From Vulcanimicrobiota bacterium (GTDB lineage Bacteria > Vulcanimicrobiota > Vulcanimicrobiia > Vulcanimicrobiales > Vulcanimicrobiaceae), in contig OY968762.1 in the NCBI GenBank assembly GCA_963695225.1, positions 2,176,001 through 2,240,000 on the forward strand: a stretch of 64,000 nt of DNA, given 5' to 3'. Below are positions 1-12,730 of this stretch, in pieces (position 1 is the first letter of the stretch; every line of letters starts with the position of its first letter). The position numbers and the translations under genes are program-made. The notes below the pieces were generated by a model that saw nothing but the letters and a program-made list of their open reading frames with translations, was not told where the DNA came from and did not search any database.

Positions 1-932
1 GCCTTGATCTTGTGCGGGTCGAAACCGCCGCTCGCGACGATCTTCACGTACGTGAAGCCCTCCGCGTCCAGCGCGGCCCGCACGTTGCGCACGAGTTCCG
101 GGACGACGCCGGTCGGCGGGAACGTCCCCATCTGCGACCACAGCGAGCGGTCGACGAGCGTTCCCGACGTATCGAGCCGCACGCCCCACAGGCGCTTGCC
201 GAGCGCGCGCGCTACCGCGACGCTCGTCGCGACGCAATCGTTGTCGAAATCGACGAGCGATATCACGTTGACGCCGGGATCGATGTACGCCGCGAACTTC
301 TCCGTCGCGAGCACCGTATCGCCTCCGTACGCGGCGATCAGCGAATGCGGCACCGTCCCCATCCCGCGCGAGCCCCACCATTCGGCGTTCGCGTCCGTCG
401 AAACGCCGAGCGCTCCGGAGATGTAGGCGGCGTAGCCGTCGCCCGTCTGCACGAGATGGTGATCGTAGCGCGCCGGAAAGAAGAGCACGTCCTTCCCGCC
501 TGCGGCGTCGACGATCGCGCGCGCGTTCGTCGCGATCCGCGTGCGCCGCGAGAGGACGCCGAGATAGCACGTCTCCAGATGTGCGAAGAGCGTGTAATCG
601 CCTTCGATCGTCATGACCGTTTCGAACGGCTCGATCGCGTCGCCGTCGTGCAACGCGCGGACGGTGAGCTCGTCCCAGCCGTCATGCCACGCGCCGCTGC
701 GGCGGTCTTCCCGCCCCGAGCAGAGCTTGAGGATCGCGAGCGCCTCGTCGATCCCGCACAGGACGGATCGATTCCGCTGGAAGACCTGCATTCGCACGCG
801 GCGCCGGAGTCCGTCGCGTTCGAGGATCTGGCGCGACCGGTTGAAATAGACGTCCGAATAGTAGCCGGCGCGCATCTTCTCGACGGGGAGGTGGAAGATC
901 GCCGGATCGAGCCGCTCGCTGCTGCGCACCAT
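1..932 (-). CDS. pncB: Nicotinate phosphoribosyltransferase (NAPRTase/QAPRTase family), 3' end runs off the window; not in the ORF track
   Basis: Manual translation from ATG at 932: MVRSSERLDPAIFHLPVEKMRAGYYSDVYF...FFPARYDH...GTVPHSLI...LVDFDNDCV...GVRLDTSG...KIVASGGF, which are NAPRTase-family motifs. Confidence 0.8.
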   Translation of the reverse strand, partial: MVRSSERLDPAIFHLPVEKMRAGYYSDVYFNRSRQILERDGLRRRVRMQVFQRNRSVLCGIDEALAILKLCSGREDRRSGAWHDGWDELTVRALHDGDAIEPFETVMTIEGDYTLFAHLETCYLGVLSRRTRIATNARAIVDAAGGKDVLFFPARYDHHLVQTGDGYAAYISGALGVSTDANAEWWGSRGMGTVPHSLIAAYGGDTVLATEKFAAYIDPGVNVISLVDFDNDCVATSVAVARALGKRLWGVRLDTSGTLVDRSLWSQMGTFPPTGVVPELVRNVRAALDAEGFTYVKIVASGGFDPHKIK

Positions 933-972
933 AATGGGACGTTCGTACGAACGCGTGGAATCCCGGTCCTGT

Positions 973-2709
973 ATGAGCCGACCGCCGAGCAATGCCGAGG
1001 TGGCCCGTCTCCTCACCGAGATCCGGGTCCTGATGGAGTTCGCGGGCGAGCCGTTCTATAAGTTCATGGCGTACGAGCGCGCCGCGACGGCAATCGAAAA
1101 CGCCCGCCCGGTCGGCGAATTGCTCGGCGCGGGCGAACTCGAAGCGCTCCCGGGGATCGGCAAGACGATCGCGGCGCGCGTGCGCGAGTACGTCGAAACG
1201 GGGACTTCCGCGTACCGCGAGGAGCTCGCCCGGAGATACCCGCCCACGCTGCTCGAACTGCTCGGCGTGCAGGGAATCGGCATGAAGACGGCTCGGCAGC
1301 TCTTCGAGCAGTACGGCATCGCCTCGCTCGCCGATCTCGAAACGGCGCTCGAGACCGGAGTCCTCGCCGACGCGCCGCGCCTGGGGAAGAAGTCGCTCGA
1401 GAACATCAAGCGCGGGATCCTCGCCTACAAGGGCCGGCAGAAGCGGACGCCGATCGGGCTTGCGCTCCCCCTCGCGCGCGAGATCGTCGCCTTCATCGAG
1501 GCCGGTTCGCCCGCGCGCAACGTCACCTATGCCGGGAGCCTGCGCCGAGCCGAAGCGACCGTCGGCGATATCGACGTCGTCTGCACCTCCGCGGAGCCCG
1601 AAGCCGTGATTCGGCGCTTCACGGGCTGGGAGCGCGCCGAGGCCGTCCTCGCCGAGGGCTCGACGAAGGCGAGCATTTGGCTCGCGGGCGGGCTCCAGAT
1701 CGATCTGCGCGTCCTCCCGGAGGACGTCTACGGGAACCTGCTGCAGCACTTCACGGGGAGCCGCGAGCACAACATCCAGCTGCGCGAACTCGCGGTGCGC
1801 AAGGGATTGCGCGTCAGCGAGAACGGCATCCTCGAACTCGCGACGGGCCGCAACCTGACGTGCCGCACCGAGGCGGAAGTCTACGCGGCGCTCGGGCTCG
1901 CGGAGATTCCGCCGGAGATGCGCCTGGGCATCGGGGAGATCGAAGCGGCGGCGAACGGGAGCTTGCCGGTCCCGGTCGCGCTCGCCGATCTGCGCGGCGA
2001 TTTCCACATGCACTGCACGTGGAGCGACGGCGCGAACTCGCTCGAGGAGATGATCGCGGGCGCGGCGGCCCGCGGCTACGAATACCATTCGATCTCCGAC
2101 CACTCGTGGGGGCGGGGACCCCTCGGCCTCGATCCGAACCACCTGCGGATGCAGCGTGAGAAGGTCCGCGCGCTCGGCGACCGGCACGGGGTTCGCACGC
2201 TGTGCAGCGCCGAAGTCGATCTCTTGCCGGACGGTTCCCTCGATTACGAGCCGGCGGTCCTAGCGGGGCTCGATATCGTGATCGCGTCGGTCCATTCGCA
2301 CATGAATCAGTCGCGCGACGAGATGACGCGCCGGCTGCTCCGCGCCTGCGAGGATCCCTACGTCAACGTCATCGGGCACCCGACGGGGCGCTCGGTCGAC
2401 GGTTTTCCCGGCTACGAATTCGATTACGACGCCGTCTTCGCCGCCGCCGCGCGGACGGGGACCGCGCTGGAGATCGACGGGCACCCGAACCGGCTCGACC
2501 TGCCGAGCGCGCTCGCGCACCGCGCCCGTGCGTTCGGCGTCACGTTCGCGCTCGATAGCGATGCGCACGCGAGCGCCGAGCTCGCGAACGTCGCGTACGC
2601 GGTCGGGCAGGCGCGCCGCGCTTGGGTCACGCGCGACGAGGTGCTCAACGCGCGCCCGCTCGAGGACGTCCTCGCGTTCGTCGCAGCGAAGCGGGCGCGC
2701 GCCGCGTGA
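973..2709 (+). CDS. polX: DNA polymerase X / PHP-domain 3'-5' exonuclease
   Basis: HhH motifs ([15 protein letters not shown]), [28 protein letters not shown] motifs DFHMHC, SDHS, GHPTGR, DSDAH. Confidence 0.93.
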   Translation: MSRPPSNAEVARLLTEIRVLMEFAGEPFYKFMAYERAATAIENARPVGELLGAGELEALPGIGKTIAARVREYVETGTSAYREELARRYPPTLLELLGVQGIGMKTARQLFEQYGIASLADLETALETGVLADAPRLGKKSLENIKRGILAYKGRQKRTPIGLALPLAREIVAFIEAGSPARNVTYAGSLRRAEATVGDIDVVCTSAEPEAVIRRFTGWERAEAVLAEGSTKASIWLAGGLQIDLRVLPEDVYGNLLQHFTGSREHNIQLRELAVRKGLRVSENGILELATGRNLTCRTEAEVYAALGLAEIPPEMRLGIGEIEAAANGSLPVPVALADLRGDFHMHCTWSDGANSLEEMIAGAAARGYEYHSISDHSWGRGPLGLDPNHLRMQREKVRALGDRHGVRTLCSAEVDLLPDGSLDYEPAVLAGLDIVIASVHSHMNQSRDEMTRRLLRACEDPYVNVIGHPTGRSVDGFPGYEFDYDAVFAAAARTGTALEIDGHPNRLDLPSALAHRARAFGVTFALDSDAHASAELANVAYAVGQARRAWVTRDEVLNARPLEDVLAFVAAKRARAA

Positions 2710-4622
2710 AGGAGCCGAAGCCTCTCGTCCCCGGCGGACTCGGCGAGATCGACCTGTACTTGATCGGTGAGGGGACGCACCGGCGCCTCTACGACGTGCT
2801 CGGCGCGCACCTTGTCGATCGGGACGGCGTCCGGGGCGTGCGCTTCGCGGTTTGGGCGCCGAACGCGCGGCGCGTCAGCGTCGTCGGCGATTTCAACCAC
2901 TGGGATGCGGGGCGCGACCCGCTGCGACCGCGCGGCACGTCGGGCGTCTGGGAGGGCTTCGTCGCGGGCCTCGGTCCGGGGACGCTCTATAAGTTCGCGA
3001 TCGTCGGCCCCGACGGCCATCGCTTGCCGCTCAAGGCCGACCCGCTGGCGAGCGCTTCCGAATTGCGCCCCGCGACCGCCTCGGTCGTGACGCCTTCGAG
3101 CGACTACGCCTGGCGCGATGCCGCCTGGCTCGCTTCGCGTGCCGCGCGCATCGACAGGCACGCGCCGGTGACGATCTACGAAGTCCACTTGGGCTCGTGG
3201 CGCCGCGCTGCCGGGAATGGGTTCCTCGGTTATCGCGAGCTTGCGGAGCAGCTCGTCGATTACGCCTGCTGGATGGGCTTCACGCACCTCGAGATCATGC
3301 CGCTCTCCGAGCATCCCTTCGACGGCTCGTGGGGCTACCAGCCGACGGGGATGTTCGCGCCGTCGAGCCGCTTCGGCTCGCCGGACGATCTACGCTATTT
3401 CATGGACCGGGCGCACGAGGCGGGGCTCGGCGTGATCTTGGATTGGGTCCCCGGGCATTTCCCGAGCGACGCGCACGGCCTCGCCTACTTTGACGGAACG
3501 CATCTCTACGAGCACGCGGATCCGCGCAAGGGCTTCCATCCCGATTGGAACACGCTGATCTACAATTTCGGGCGAACCGAGGTCGCGAATTTCTTGGTCG
3601 CGAGCGCGCTCGCATGGTTCGATCGCTTCCACGTCGACGGGCTGCGGGTCGACGCCGTGGCCTCGATGCTCTATCTCGATTACAGCCGCAGCGAAGGCGA
3701 ATGGGTTCCGAACGAATACGGCGGGCGCGAGAATCTCGAGGCCGCCGCATTCCTGCGGCGGCTCAACGAGATGGTCTACGCGGAGTACCCCGGCATCGCG
3801 ATGATCGCCGAGGAGTCGACCGCCTGGCCGATGGTCTCGGCGCCGACGAGCGCCGGCGGGCTCGGTTTCGGCTACAAGTGGAACATGGGCTGGATGCACG
3901 ACGTGCTCCAGTACTTCGCCCTCGATCCGGTCCACCGAAAGTACCATCACGACGAGATCGTCTTTAGCATGGTCTACGCCTACAGCGAGAACTACATCCT
4001 CCCGCTCTCGCACGACGAGGTCGTCCACGGCAAAGGCTCGATGCTCGGGAAGATGCGCGGGAACCGCTGGGAGCAATTCGCGCACCTGCGCGTCCTCTAC
4101 GGATTCATGTACGCGCATCCCGGCAAGAAGCTCTTGTTCATGGGCAACGAGTTCGCGCAAGAGCGCGAGTGGAATCACGAGAGCAGCCTCGATTGGCATC
4201 TGACCGAGGCCCCCTCGCACCGGGGCATCCAACTCCTCGTGCGCGACCTGAACCGGCTCTATCGGGAGACGCCCGCGCTGCACGCCCTCGATTGCGATCC
4301 GAAGGGCTTCGAGTGGCTCGAATCGCACGACCGCGCGCGGAGCGTCGTCGCCTTCGTCCGCTACGGCCCGACCCGCGAAGACGGCGTCCTCGTCGTCTGC
4401 AACTTCACGCCGATGGAGCGGCGGGATTACCGGCTCGGGGTCCCGAGGGCCGGGCGCTACGTGGAACTGCTGAACACGGACGCGGAGTACTACGGCGGCG
4501 GGAATAATGGCAACCTCGGGGGTATCGAGGCGGAGGTGTCGCCGTCACACGGACGGCCGATCTCGCTCGCCGTCACGCTCCCTCCCCTCTCGACGCTCTT
4601 TTTCCGGCTGCCGAAGCAGTAG
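2706..4622 (+). CDS. glgB: 1,4-alpha-glucan branching enzyme (short form)
   Basis: [62 protein letters not shown] start overlaps the polX stop. Confidence 0.95.
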   Translation: MKEPKPLVPGGLGEIDLYLIGEGTHRRLYDVLGAHLVDRDGVRGVRFAVWAPNARRVSVVGDFNHWDAGRDPLRPRGTSGVWEGFVAGLGPGTLYKFAIVGPDGHRLPLKADPLASASELRPATASVVTPSSDYAWRDAAWLASRAARIDRHAPVTIYEVHLGSWRRAAGNGFLGYRELAEQLVDYACWMGFTHLEIMPLSEHPFDGSWGYQPTGMFAPSSRFGSPDDLRYFMDRAHEAGLGVILDWVPGHFPSDAHGLAYFDGTHLYEHADPRKGFHPDWNTLIYNFGRTEVANFLVASALAWFDRFHVDGLRVDAVASMLYLDYSRSEGEWVPNEYGGRENLEAAAFLRRLNEMVYAEYPGIAMIAEESTAWPMVSAPTSAGGLGFGYKWNMGWMHDVLQYFALDPVHRKYHHDEIVFSMVYAYSENYILPLSHDEVVHGKGSMLGKMRGNRWEQFAHLRVLYGFMYAHPGKKLLFMGNEFAQEREWNHESSLDWHLTEAPSHRGIQLLVRDLNRLYRETPALHALDCDPKGFEWLESHDRARSVVAFVRYGPTREDGVLVVCNFTPMERRDYRLGVPRAGRYVELLNTDAEYYGGGNNGNLGGIEAEVSPSHGRPISLAVTLPPLSTLFFRLPKQ

Positions 4623-4634
4623 AACGAAACTCCC

Positions 4635-6755
4635 TTGAGATCGACGAGTCGCGCTTCCGTTTGGCCCGGACGCCCGTACCCGCTGGGTGCGACCTGGGAT
4701 GGCCGGGGCGTGAACTTCGCGCTGTTCTCGCAGCACGCCGAGCGCGTCGAACTCTGCCTCTTCGACCCGCGCGGGCGGCGCGAGATGAGCCGCGTCGTCC
4801 TGCCGGAGTACACCGACCAAGTCTGGCACGGGTATCTCCCCGAGGCGCGGCCGGGACTGCTCTACGGCTACCGCGTCTACGGCGAGTACGCTCCCGAACG
4901 CGGGCATCGCTTCAACGCGAACAAGCTGCTGATCGATCCCTACGCGAAGATGTATTCCGGCAGCCTGCGCTGGAACGACGCGCACTTCGGATACCGGCTC
5001 GATGCGCCGCGCGCGGACCTCTCCTTCGACCGGCGCGACAACGCGTCGGGGATGCCGAAGTGCGTCGTCGTCGACACCGCGTACACGTGGGGAAACGACC
5101 GCCCTATCTACAAGCGCTGGCACGAGATGGTCGTCTACGAGCTGCACGTGCGCGGCTTCACGATGCGCAACGAGGCGGTGCCGCAGCGGTATCGCGGGAC
5201 GTTCGCGGGGCTCGGGTCGCCCGGGGTCACGGAGTACCTGTCGCGTTTGGGCATCACGGCCGTCGAACTGATGCCGGTCCACGCGTTCGTCGACGACCGG
5301 AATCTCGTGCAGCGCGGGATGCGAAACTATTGGGGCTACAACACGCTCGGCTTCTTCGCGCCCGATCCGCGCTACCTCGCCGACGAAAGCAGTCTCGGCG
5401 AATTCAAATCGACCGTCCGCCACTTGCACGACGTGGGGATCGAAGTGATCCTCGACGTGGTCTACAACCACACGGCCGAAGGGAACCAGCTCGGCCCGAC
5501 GCTCTCGTTCCGCGGCATCGACAACGCCTCGTATTACCGCCTGGCGAACGACCGGCGCTTCTATCACGATACGACGGGTTGCGGAAACACGTTGAACCTG
5601 GATCATCCGCGCGTGCTGCAACTCGTGATGGATTCGCTGCGCTACTGGGTTCAAGAGATGCACGTCGACGGCTTCCGCTTCGATCTCGCGCCCGCGATCG
5701 CGCGCGGGGGCAGCTTCCTCAGCGCCGTCTCTCAAGATCCCGTCCTCTCCCGCGTCAAGCTGATCGCGGAGCCGTGGGATTTGGGCGCGGACGGATACCA
5801 GCTCGGACGCTTCCCGCCCGGCTGGTCGGAGTGGAACGACAAGTATCGCGATACGGTGCGCCGCTTCTGGCGCGGCACGGACGGCGTGATTCCGGAGCTC
5901 GCATCGCGCTTGACGGCCTCGAGCGACCTCTTCGAGCACGACGGGCGGCGGCCGCGGGCGAGCCTGAACTTCGTGACTTCGCACGACGGCTTCACGCTGC
6001 ACGATCTCGTCAGCTACAACGACAAGCACAACGAAGCGAACCTGGAGCACAACCGCGACGGCCACTCGGACAACGTGAGCTGGAATTGCGGCGTCGAGGG
6101 TCCGACGGCGGACCCCGCGATCCGCGCGCTGCGCATGCAGCAAAAACGGAATTTCCTGGCCACGCTGTTGCTTTCGCAAGGCCTGCCGATGCTGCTCGCC
6201 GGCGACGAGTTCGGGCACACGCAGCGCGGGAACAACAACGCGTATTGCCAAGACAACGAAACGAGCTGGATCGCGTGGAACGCGATCGACGCCGACGGCC
6301 GTGCGTTGCTCGAATTCGTCAAGCGGCTCATCAAGCTGCGCTCGGTGCACCCGGCGCTGCGCCGCACGCGCTTCTTCCACGGCAACCCGATTCCGACGTC
6401 CGGGCTCAAGGATATCGCCTGGCTGACGGTCGCGGGGAACGAGATGCGGGAACAGGATTGGAACGACGGCCGCTCCCGTGCGTTCGCCTTCTTGCTCGGC
6501 GGCGATCCGGGTGACAATTTCATCAGCCTGCTCGGGTATCCCGAACTCGACGATTCGTTCCTGATGCTCTTGAACGCGACCGGATCGCCGCAGACGTACA
6601 CGCTTCCGCCGGCGAACTCGCTGCGCGCGTGGGAGCTGCTGCTCGAAACGACGTGGCCCGAGACCGCCGTGGTCGGCTCGCACGTGGCCGTCGGGGACAC
6701 GTACGTCGTGAATTCGAGGGCGCTGGCGCTCTTCATCGGACGCGAGCGCCGGTGA
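4635..6755 (+). CDS. glgX: Glycogen debranching enzyme (isoamylase)
   Basis: PYPLGAT, NYWGYNT, DVVYNHTAEG, DGFRFDLA, IAEPWD, HDGFTLHD, GNNNAYCQDN. Confidence 0.95.
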   Translation: MRSTSRASVWPGRPYPLGATWDGRGVNFALFSQHAERVELCLFDPRGRREMSRVVLPEYTDQVWHGYLPEARPGLLYGYRVYGEYAPERGHRFNANKLLIDPYAKMYSGSLRWNDAHFGYRLDAPRADLSFDRRDNASGMPKCVVVDTAYTWGNDRPIYKRWHEMVVYELHVRGFTMRNEAVPQRYRGTFAGLGSPGVTEYLSRLGITAVELMPVHAFVDDRNLVQRGMRNYWGYNTLGFFAPDPRYLADESSLGEFKSTVRHLHDVGIEVILDVVYNHTAEGNQLGPTLSFRGIDNASYYRLANDRRFYHDTTGCGNTLNLDHPRVLQLVMDSLRYWVQEMHVDGFRFDLAPAIARGGSFLSAVSQDPVLSRVKLIAEPWDLGADGYQLGRFPPGWSEWNDKYRDTVRRFWRGTDGVIPELASRLTASSDLFEHDGRRPRASLNFVTSHDGFTLHDLVSYNDKHNEANLEHNRDGHSDNVSWNCGVEGPTADPAIRALRMQQKRNFLATLLLSQGLPMLLAGDEFGHTQRGNNNAYCQDNETSWIAWNAIDADGRALLEFVKRLIKLRSVHPALRRTRFFHGNPIPTSGLKDIAWLTVAGNEMREQDWNDGRSRAFAFLLGGDPGDNFISLLGYPELDDSFLMLLNATGSPQTYTLPPANSLRAWELLLETTWPETAVVGSHVAVGDTYVVNSRALALFIGRERR

Positions 6756-8860
6756 TCGTTCGCTCCTACCGCGATTTTTGGGGTGAGGAGCGCGCGGTCC
6801 CCGAAGCGACGATCGCGGCGCTCGCCGGGCTGATCGAACGGGTGCCCGCGGCGCCGCGTCTCCTCGAACCGGTCGCGGTCGTTCCGCAGGCGCGCCCGCA
6901 GATCGTCGCGACGATCCCGGCAAGCGAGATCGGCCGGATCCGGACGCTCTCGCTTTCGAAAGAGGACGGAACGGCCGCGCGCGCCGAGGTGCGCTTCGGC
7001 GAAGGGGAACTGCTGGAGGCCTTCGAGGAGGGCGGCCGCGCCTACGAGCGCCGGGCTCTCGTTTTGCCCTTCTGCGTGGAGCCCGGGTATCACGACCTCG
7101 CGCTCGAGGGGCGAACGCAGCGCCTGATCGTCGTGCCGGAGAGCTGCTATCTGCCCCCCGAACTCGAGGCGGGGAAGCGGACGTGGGGGGTCGCGGTCCA
7201 GCTCTACGGGCTGCGCTCGGAGCGAAATTGGGGGGTCGGCGATTTCACCGATCTCGCCGCCTTCGTCCGCAACGCGGCAGCGTGCGGGGCGAGCGCGATC
7301 GGGCTGAATCCGCTGCACCTCCTGCACGCCGATGCGCCCGCGGCGTGCAGCCCCTATGCGCCGTCGAGCCGCTATTTCCGCAACGCGCTGTACCTCGACG
7401 TCGAAGCGATCCCGGAGTTCGCCGCGTCCAAGCGAGCGCAGGCGCTCGCACGGAGCCGGAAGTTCGCCGCGCGGTTGCGCAGGCTGCGCGAAGCGGAGCT
7501 GATCGACTACGCCGCAGTCTCGGCGGCGAAACGGGCCGTTCTCGACGTGCTCTTCGAAGAGTTCGAAGCGGCGCATTCGCCCGAGGGGAAACCCGCGACC
7601 GAACGGGGCGAGGCGTTCGCGGCGTTCGTTCGGGCGGGCGGGGAGCGCTTGCGCCAGACCGCGCTGTTCGAAGCGCTCGCCGAGCACGTGGCGCGCCGCC
7701 GCCGCCGTCCCGCCGCCCGCCAGGAATGGCCCGCCCGTTATTGCAACCCCGCGGCGCCCGCGGTCGCCGCATTCGCACGCGAGCACCGCGCCCGCGTCGC
7801 ATTCTTTTGCTACCTGCAGTGGCAGATCGACGAGCAACTCTCGGCGGTCGCGCGGAGCTGCGAAGGGATGGCGGTAGGACTCTACGCCGATCTCGCCGTC
7901 GGCGTCGACCGGAACAGCGCCGACGCCTGGGCCGATCCGGAGCTCGTCGTCGACGAGGCGAACGTCGGCGCTCCCCCGGACGCTTTCACGCCGCACGGGC
8001 AAGATTGGGGGCTCGCGCCGCTCAATCCGGCCGTGATGCGCGAGCGCGCCTACGAGCCGTTCGTCGCGCTCTTGCGTGCGAACATGCGCCACGCGGGCGC
8101 GATCCGCATCGACCACGTGATGGGCCTGATGCGTTTGTTCTGGATCCCCGACGGCCGGCAGGCGATCGACGGGGCGTACGTGCAGTATCCCTTCGACGAT
8201 CTGCTGGGCATCGTCGCGCTCGAAAGCCGGCGGCATCGCTGCATCGTGATCGGCGAAGACCTCGGGGTCGTCCCGGAGGGCTTCCGCGAGCGCATGGAGC
8301 GGGAGCGGATCTTGTCGTATCGCTTGATGTACTTCGAACGGGAGTGGGAGGGGCGCTTTCGCCGCCCCGATCGATACCCGGTCCTGGCGCTCGCGAGCCC
8401 GGGGACGCACGATCTGCCGACGCTGCGCGGATATTGGGAGAGCCACGACATCGAGTTCCGGGCGAGCATCGGCTTCGTCGCGGATGAGGCGTCGCTCGAG
8501 CGGGAACGGGCCGAACGTTTACGCGACCGCGCGCTGTTGCTGGATCTGCTCGTCGAGTTGGGGCTGCTGGCCCCCGAAGTGCGGCACGCGCTCGGCTCGG
8601 CGAGCGATCCCGCCGTCACGTCGGCGTTGCTCGACGAGGTGGTGCGCGCCGTCTACCGCATGCTCTCGCGGACGCCGTCCGTCTTGACGATGGTCGCGGC
8701 GGAAGACCTCGCGCGCGAAACCGAACAGCCGAACTTCCCGGGGACGGTCGTGGAGCATCCTAACTGGCGCAGGCGTCTGGGGTGCACGTTCGAGGCGCTG
8801 TTCGCTTCGCCGTTCGTGAGGGGGCTGCTCGCGACGCTCGACCGTACCGCTAACTCATGA
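6752..8860 (+). CDS. malQ: 4-alpha-glucanotransferase (amylomaltase, GH77)
   Basis: [64 protein letters not shown] overlaps the glgX stop. Confidence 0.93.
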   Translation: MIVRSYRDFWGEERAVPEATIAALAGLIERVPAAPRLLEPVAVVPQARPQIVATIPASEIGRIRTLSLSKEDGTAARAEVRFGEGELLEAFEEGGRAYERRALVLPFCVEPGYHDLALEGRTQRLIVVPESCYLPPELEAGKRTWGVAVQLYGLRSERNWGVGDFTDLAAFVRNAAACGASAIGLNPLHLLHADAPAACSPYAPSSRYFRNALYLDVEAIPEFAASKRAQALARSRKFAARLRRLREAELIDYAAVSAAKRAVLDVLFEEFEAAHSPEGKPATERGEAFAAFVRAGGERLRQTALFEALAEHVARRRRRPAARQEWPARYCNPAAPAVAAFAREHRARVAFFCYLQWQIDEQLSAVARSCEGMAVGLYADLAVGVDRNSADAWADPELVVDEANVGAPPDAFTPHGQDWGLAPLNPAVMRERAYEPFVALLRANMRHAGAIRIDHVMGLMRLFWIPDGRQAIDGAYVQYPFDDLLGIVALESRRHRCIVIGEDLGVVPEGFRERMERERILSYRLMYFEREWEGRFRRPDRYPVLALASPGTHDLPTLRGYWESHDIEFRASIGFVADEASLERERAERLRDRALLLDLLVELGLLAPEVRHALGSASDPAVTSALLDEVVRAVYRMLSRTPSVLTMVAAEDLARETEQPNFPGTVVEHPNWRRRLGCTFEALFASPFVRGLLATLDRTANS

Positions 8861-11371
8861 CATAGCGGTTTGCGCGATGCCTAGCGCCGTCACCCGCGCC
8901 GTGTAATCCTCGACGAGCGCCTTCGCCTCCGCGATGCTCGTGCTCTCCGCGACGATATGGAAGGCCGGGTCCGTCGCATCCGGGAGGATCAGCACCCAGC
9001 CGTCGGGGCGCAAGACGCGGATTCCGTCGAGCAGGTCGAGCTCTTCGCCGCTGTGCTGGTCGATCAGACAGCGCATCACGGTTCCCTTGCGCTCCCACGG
9101 GCACTTCACGTCCGCGCTCGCCACGAACCACTCGGGCAGCATGTCGACGAGTTCGCTGAGCTTGCGATTCTCGGCGGCGAGCAGTTCGAGGATCTTCCCC
9201 GTGCCGTACAGCGCGTCGAACGCCGGTTGAAACTCGGGGAACATGATCTCGTACGAGCCGCCCGAACCGGCAAACGCGAGGTGCGGATCGGAGAGCGCGA
9301 GCGCCATCAACGCGCGGCGGTCGCTGCGGGTTCGCGTCACGGTGGCCCCGTTCGCCCGCGCGATCGCCTCGATCGCGCTCGGCGCGGTGACCGGGACGGC
9401 GATGTGCGCGCCGGGCTTCGAACGAGCCACGAGCAGCGTGATGAGGGCCTGCAAGCGGTCCCGTGCGATGACGCGCCCCAGATCGTCGACGAGCGTCAGA
9501 CTCTCGCCGTCGTGGTCGACGAAGATGCCGAGGCTGGCGTCGAGCGTCGTGACGATGTTCGAGAGCTGTTGCAGATTACGCGCGGCGTCGCTGCGGAGCG
9601 CGCGCGCCTTCGATTCGTCGAAATAGGCGTTGAGCGCGATCATCTCGAGGCCGAAATTGCCGAGGATGCGCGGCAGGAAGAGCGCCGTGTTCCCGTACGC
9701 GTAGTCGATCGCGACTTTGAAGTTCGCGCGCTTCACGGCCGTCGGATTCATGCTCGTCATGAAGGCTTCGGTGTACCCTTCGAGCAGGCGCGAGGGGAAG
9801 CCGAGCTTGCCGACCGCGTCCATCGACGTGCGGCGGAAATCCTCGCGGAAGAACAGGTTCTCGATCTTGCGCTCGAGCGCCTTATCGACGTTGATCCCGT
9901 CGGCGTCGAAGAACTCGATCAGGAACGAACTCGGATCCCTCGGCGAAACGCGGACGTGGATGCCGCCGTCGGCGCCGGTGCGCACGGCGAAGCGCGCGAG
10001 CGGCGTCGGGTAGGCGCGCAGGTCGTCGACGTTGACGCCGACGGAGAGCAACCCGGAGATGATGCAGCGATTCATGACGCGCGAGGCGGGGTGCATGTCG
10101 CGGCTCGTCCGCACCGTTTGCCCGGGCTTGAGGAACGAACCGTACGCTTGCCCGAGCTTCATCGCAAACTCCGGCGTGATGTCGATGTTCCCGATCCCGG
10201 TGATGCCGTTCGCGCCGAAGAGCGAGCCGGGCCACTTGATGCCGTAGATCAGCGACATCGAAACGACGCCGCCTGCGGCGACGCTCTTGTCCGGCCACAT
10301 CTTCACGTGCGGCTGCACGATCGCGTCGCTGCCGATCGTGCAGCGGCTCCCGATCACGGCGCCCTCGCCGATCTGCACGCGCTCGCGGATGATGTTGCGG
10401 TCGGCGATCGTGCAGCTGTCGATCGCGGCGCCCTCGCCCACGTAGGCGCTTTCCCAAAGCACGGTCCGGTCTATGCGCGCTCCCGCGCCGATGATCGATG
10501 AATCGCCGATCACGCTGTATGCGCCGATCACCGCATCGCGATCGATCGAGACGTTCGCCCCGATCACGGCGGGCGCGAACAGCGTGGCGCTCGGATCGAT
10601 CCGCGTGTTCTCACCGACCCAAACGCCGGGACGGATCTCCTTCCCGGCGATTTCGACGCGCACCGCTCCGGAGACGGCGTCGACGTTCGCCTGCTGATAC
10701 TGTTGCAGGTTGCCGATGTCGGTCCAGTAGTCCGCCGTCACGTAGCCGTAGAGCGCTTTCCCTTCGGCGAGCATCTTCGGGAACAGGTCCTTCGAGAAAT
10801 CGTAGGACTTGCCGCGTTCCATGTAGGCGAGGAACTCCGGCTCGAGGACGTAGATCCCCGTGTTGATCGTGTCGGAGAAGACCTCGCCCCACGACGGCTT
10901 CTCGAGGAAGCGCGTGATCCGCCCCGCGGCGTCGGTGACGACGACGCCGAACTCGAGCGGGTTCTCGACGCGCTGCAACGTGATCGTCGCGGCGGCCTTG
11001 TTCTCGCGGTGGAACGCGATGAGCGATGTCAGGTCGAGGTCGGTCAAGGCGTCGCCGGAGACGATCAACACGGTATCGTCGCGCAGGAAGTCTTGGGCGA
11101 GCTTGACCGCCCCCGCCGTTCCCAACGGCGTATCTTCGACGACGTAACGCAGCGAGACGCCGAACTCTGAGCCGTCGCCGAAGTAGCTCTCGATCTCGTC
11201 GGCGAGATAATGCAACGTCCCGACGACCTCGGTGATGCCGTGCCGTCGCAAGAGCTCGAGGATGTGCTGCATCACCGGTTTGTTCGCGATCGGGGCGAGG
11301 GGCTTGGGGCGGCGGCTGGTGAGCGGGCGGAGGCGCGAACCCTCGCCGCCGGCCATGACGACGGCCTTCAT
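8855..11371 (-). CDS. Bifunctional NDP-sugar pyrophosphorylase (mannose-1-phosphate guanylyltransferase-like, with LbH) fused to a phosphomannomutase-like domain
   Basis: [49 protein letters not shown], hexapeptide repeats, then SLFG..GITG and a PGM/PMM-type C-terminal half. Confidence 0.88.
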   Translation of the reverse strand: MKAVVMAGGEGSRLRPLTSRRPKPLAPIANKPVMQHILELLRRHGITEVVGTLHYLADEIESYFGDGSEFGVSLRYVVEDTPLGTAGAVKLAQDFLRDDTVLIVSGDALTDLDLTSLIAFHRENKAAATITLQRVENPLEFGVVVTDAAGRITRFLEKPSWGEVFSDTINTGIYVLEPEFLAYMERGKSYDFSKDLFPKMLAEGKALYGYVTADYWTDIGNLQQYQQANVDAVSGAVRVEIAGKEIRPGVWVGENTRIDPSATLFAPAVIGANVSIDRDAVIGAYSVIGDSSIIGAGARIDRTVLWESAYVGEGAAIDSCTIADRNIIRERVQIGEGAVIGSRCTIGSDAIVQPHVKMWPDKSVAAGGVVSMSLIYGIKWPGSLFGANGITGIGNIDITPEFAMKLGQAYGSFLKPGQTVRTSRDMHPASRVMNRCIISGLLSVGVNVDDLRAYPTPLARFAVRTGADGGIHVRVSPRDPSSFLIEFFDADGINVDKALERKIENLFFREDFRRTSMDAVGKLGFPSRLLEGYTEAFMTSMNPTAVKRANFKVAIDYAYGNTALFLPRILGNFGLEMIALNAYFDESKARALRSDAARNLQQLSNIVTTLDASLGIFVDHDGESLTLVDDLGRVIARDRLQALITLLVARSKPGAHIAVPVTAPSAIEAIARANGATVTRTRSDRRALMALALSDPHLAFAGSGGSYEIMFPEFQPAFDALYGTGKILELLAAENRKLSELVDMLPEWFVASADVKCPWERKGTVMRCLIDQHSGEELDLLDGIRVLRPDGWVLILPDATDPAFHIVAESTSIAEAKALVEDYTARVTALGIAQTAMS

Positions 11372-12642
11372 CGCGTTGCGAACGCGAGCTTGCGTTCGAG
11401 CGTATCGATCGCATGCTCCCACGTGTACCGGGCGGCCGTCGCGCGGCCGTTCGCCCGCATCGCCTCGGCGCGTACCCTGTCGTCGACGACGCCCGCAAGA
11501 TACGAGGCGAGTTCGCGCCCGTCGTCGAGATCGCAGACGATCGCGTTGACGAACGGCTCGGCGTATTCTTCGCCGGTCGCACCGCAGACGGCGAGCCCGC
11601 CCGCAGCCATCACTTCCAGGCCGACGAGGCCGAACGGTTCCTTCTTGCTGTTCGCGAGGACGGCGTCCGCCGCGGCGTAGAGAGCGTAGAGCAAGCGGGC
11701 CTCCAAGAAGGCGTGCAGGTTGACGATGTCGCTCGTCGTCCGTTCGAGTTCGGCGAAGAGATCTTCGGGGTCGGCCCCCGAAAAACGGACGTCCTCGATG
11801 CGCAGTCCCTGGTCGCGCGCTCGAGCGAAAACCTCGTTCGCGTAGCCCTCGCGGCCGCCCCGCACGATCAAACGCGGTGCCCAACCCTCCTCGCGCAGCT
11901 TCGCGACCGCGTCGATCGCCGAGAACCAGGCTTTGTCGGGATCGAACCGGCCGACTTTGACGAGCAGCGGGCGCCCGCCGAGCGCTTTGCGGAAGCCGTC
12001 GACGTGCCGTTCGCTCGGGCCTTCCAGAAGGCGCGCGGGGATGCCGTTGGGGATCACGAGCGCGGACGCGCCGCGCAGCGCGAGCTCGAACTTCATGTAT
12101 TTGCTGACGGCCGTGATCGTGGTCGCGGCGGAGAGCCGGCGAAAATCGATGCGCTCGAAGCCGTACGTATTATTGGCGTTCCAGAAGATGCGGGCCGCGT
12201 CGCGCAGGCCGCGCATTGCGAGCTCGCGGTCCAGCGCGATCGCTGCGGGGGCGGTCTGCCAATCCTCGGCGAGCACGATCGCGCGCTCGCCGCGTGCGGC
12301 CGCCGGAAGGATCAGCTCGTCGATCAAGAAGCGCGGGACGCTCGAGGTGTAGTCGTTGATCTTCCCCTCTTGCCCGTCGTAGACGGTCCGAGGGTGGTAG
12401 GCCGAGATCCACTGCCCCCAACGCCGGAGTCGCACGTTCTCGGCATACTCCTCTACCGGCGGCAGCGCAGGATCCCCGATGAAGATCAGCTCGGTCGGAT
12501 ATCCGCGTTCGCCGAGGGCGCTCGCAAGTTCGGTAGCTCGTACCCCGAGCCCCCCGACCATCGAATACGGGTCTGGGCCTTCGAACGAGAGTACGGCGAC
12601 GGGCGGGCGCGGCGAGATCTCGGTGTGCGGAAGGTTCGGCAT
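11368..12642 (-). CDS. GT-B glycosyltransferase, family 4-like
   Basis: GGLG N-terminal loop, [22 protein letters not shown] (E-x7-E) motif; stop overlaps the start of the next gene. Confidence 0.85.
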   Translation of the reverse strand: MPNLPHTEISPRPPVAVLSFEGPDPYSMVGGLGVRATELASALGERGYPTELIFIGDPALPPVEEYAENVRLRRWGQWISAYHPRTVYDGQEGKINDYTSSVPRFLIDELILPAAARGERAIVLAEDWQTAPAAIALDRELAMRGLRDAARIFWNANNTYGFERIDFRRLSAATTITAVSKYMKFELALRGASALVIPNGIPARLLEGPSERHVDGFRKALGGRPLLVKVGRFDPDKAWFSAIDAVAKLREEGWAPRLIVRGGREGYANEVFARARDQGLRIEDVRFSGADPEDLFAELERTTSDIVNLHAFLEARLLYALYAAADAVLANSKKEPFGLVGLEVMAAGGLAVCGATGEEYAEPFVNAIVCDLDDGRELASYLAGVVDDRVRAEAMRANGRATAARYTWEHAIDTLERKLAFATR

Positions 12643-12730
12643 CGGACTTTCGGATCGCAGATAGTGGGCTTGGGGACCGGCTTCGGCAAGCGCTTTGCAT
12701 TTGCCCGCGGTGCGGCAGGTCGCAGGGCGA

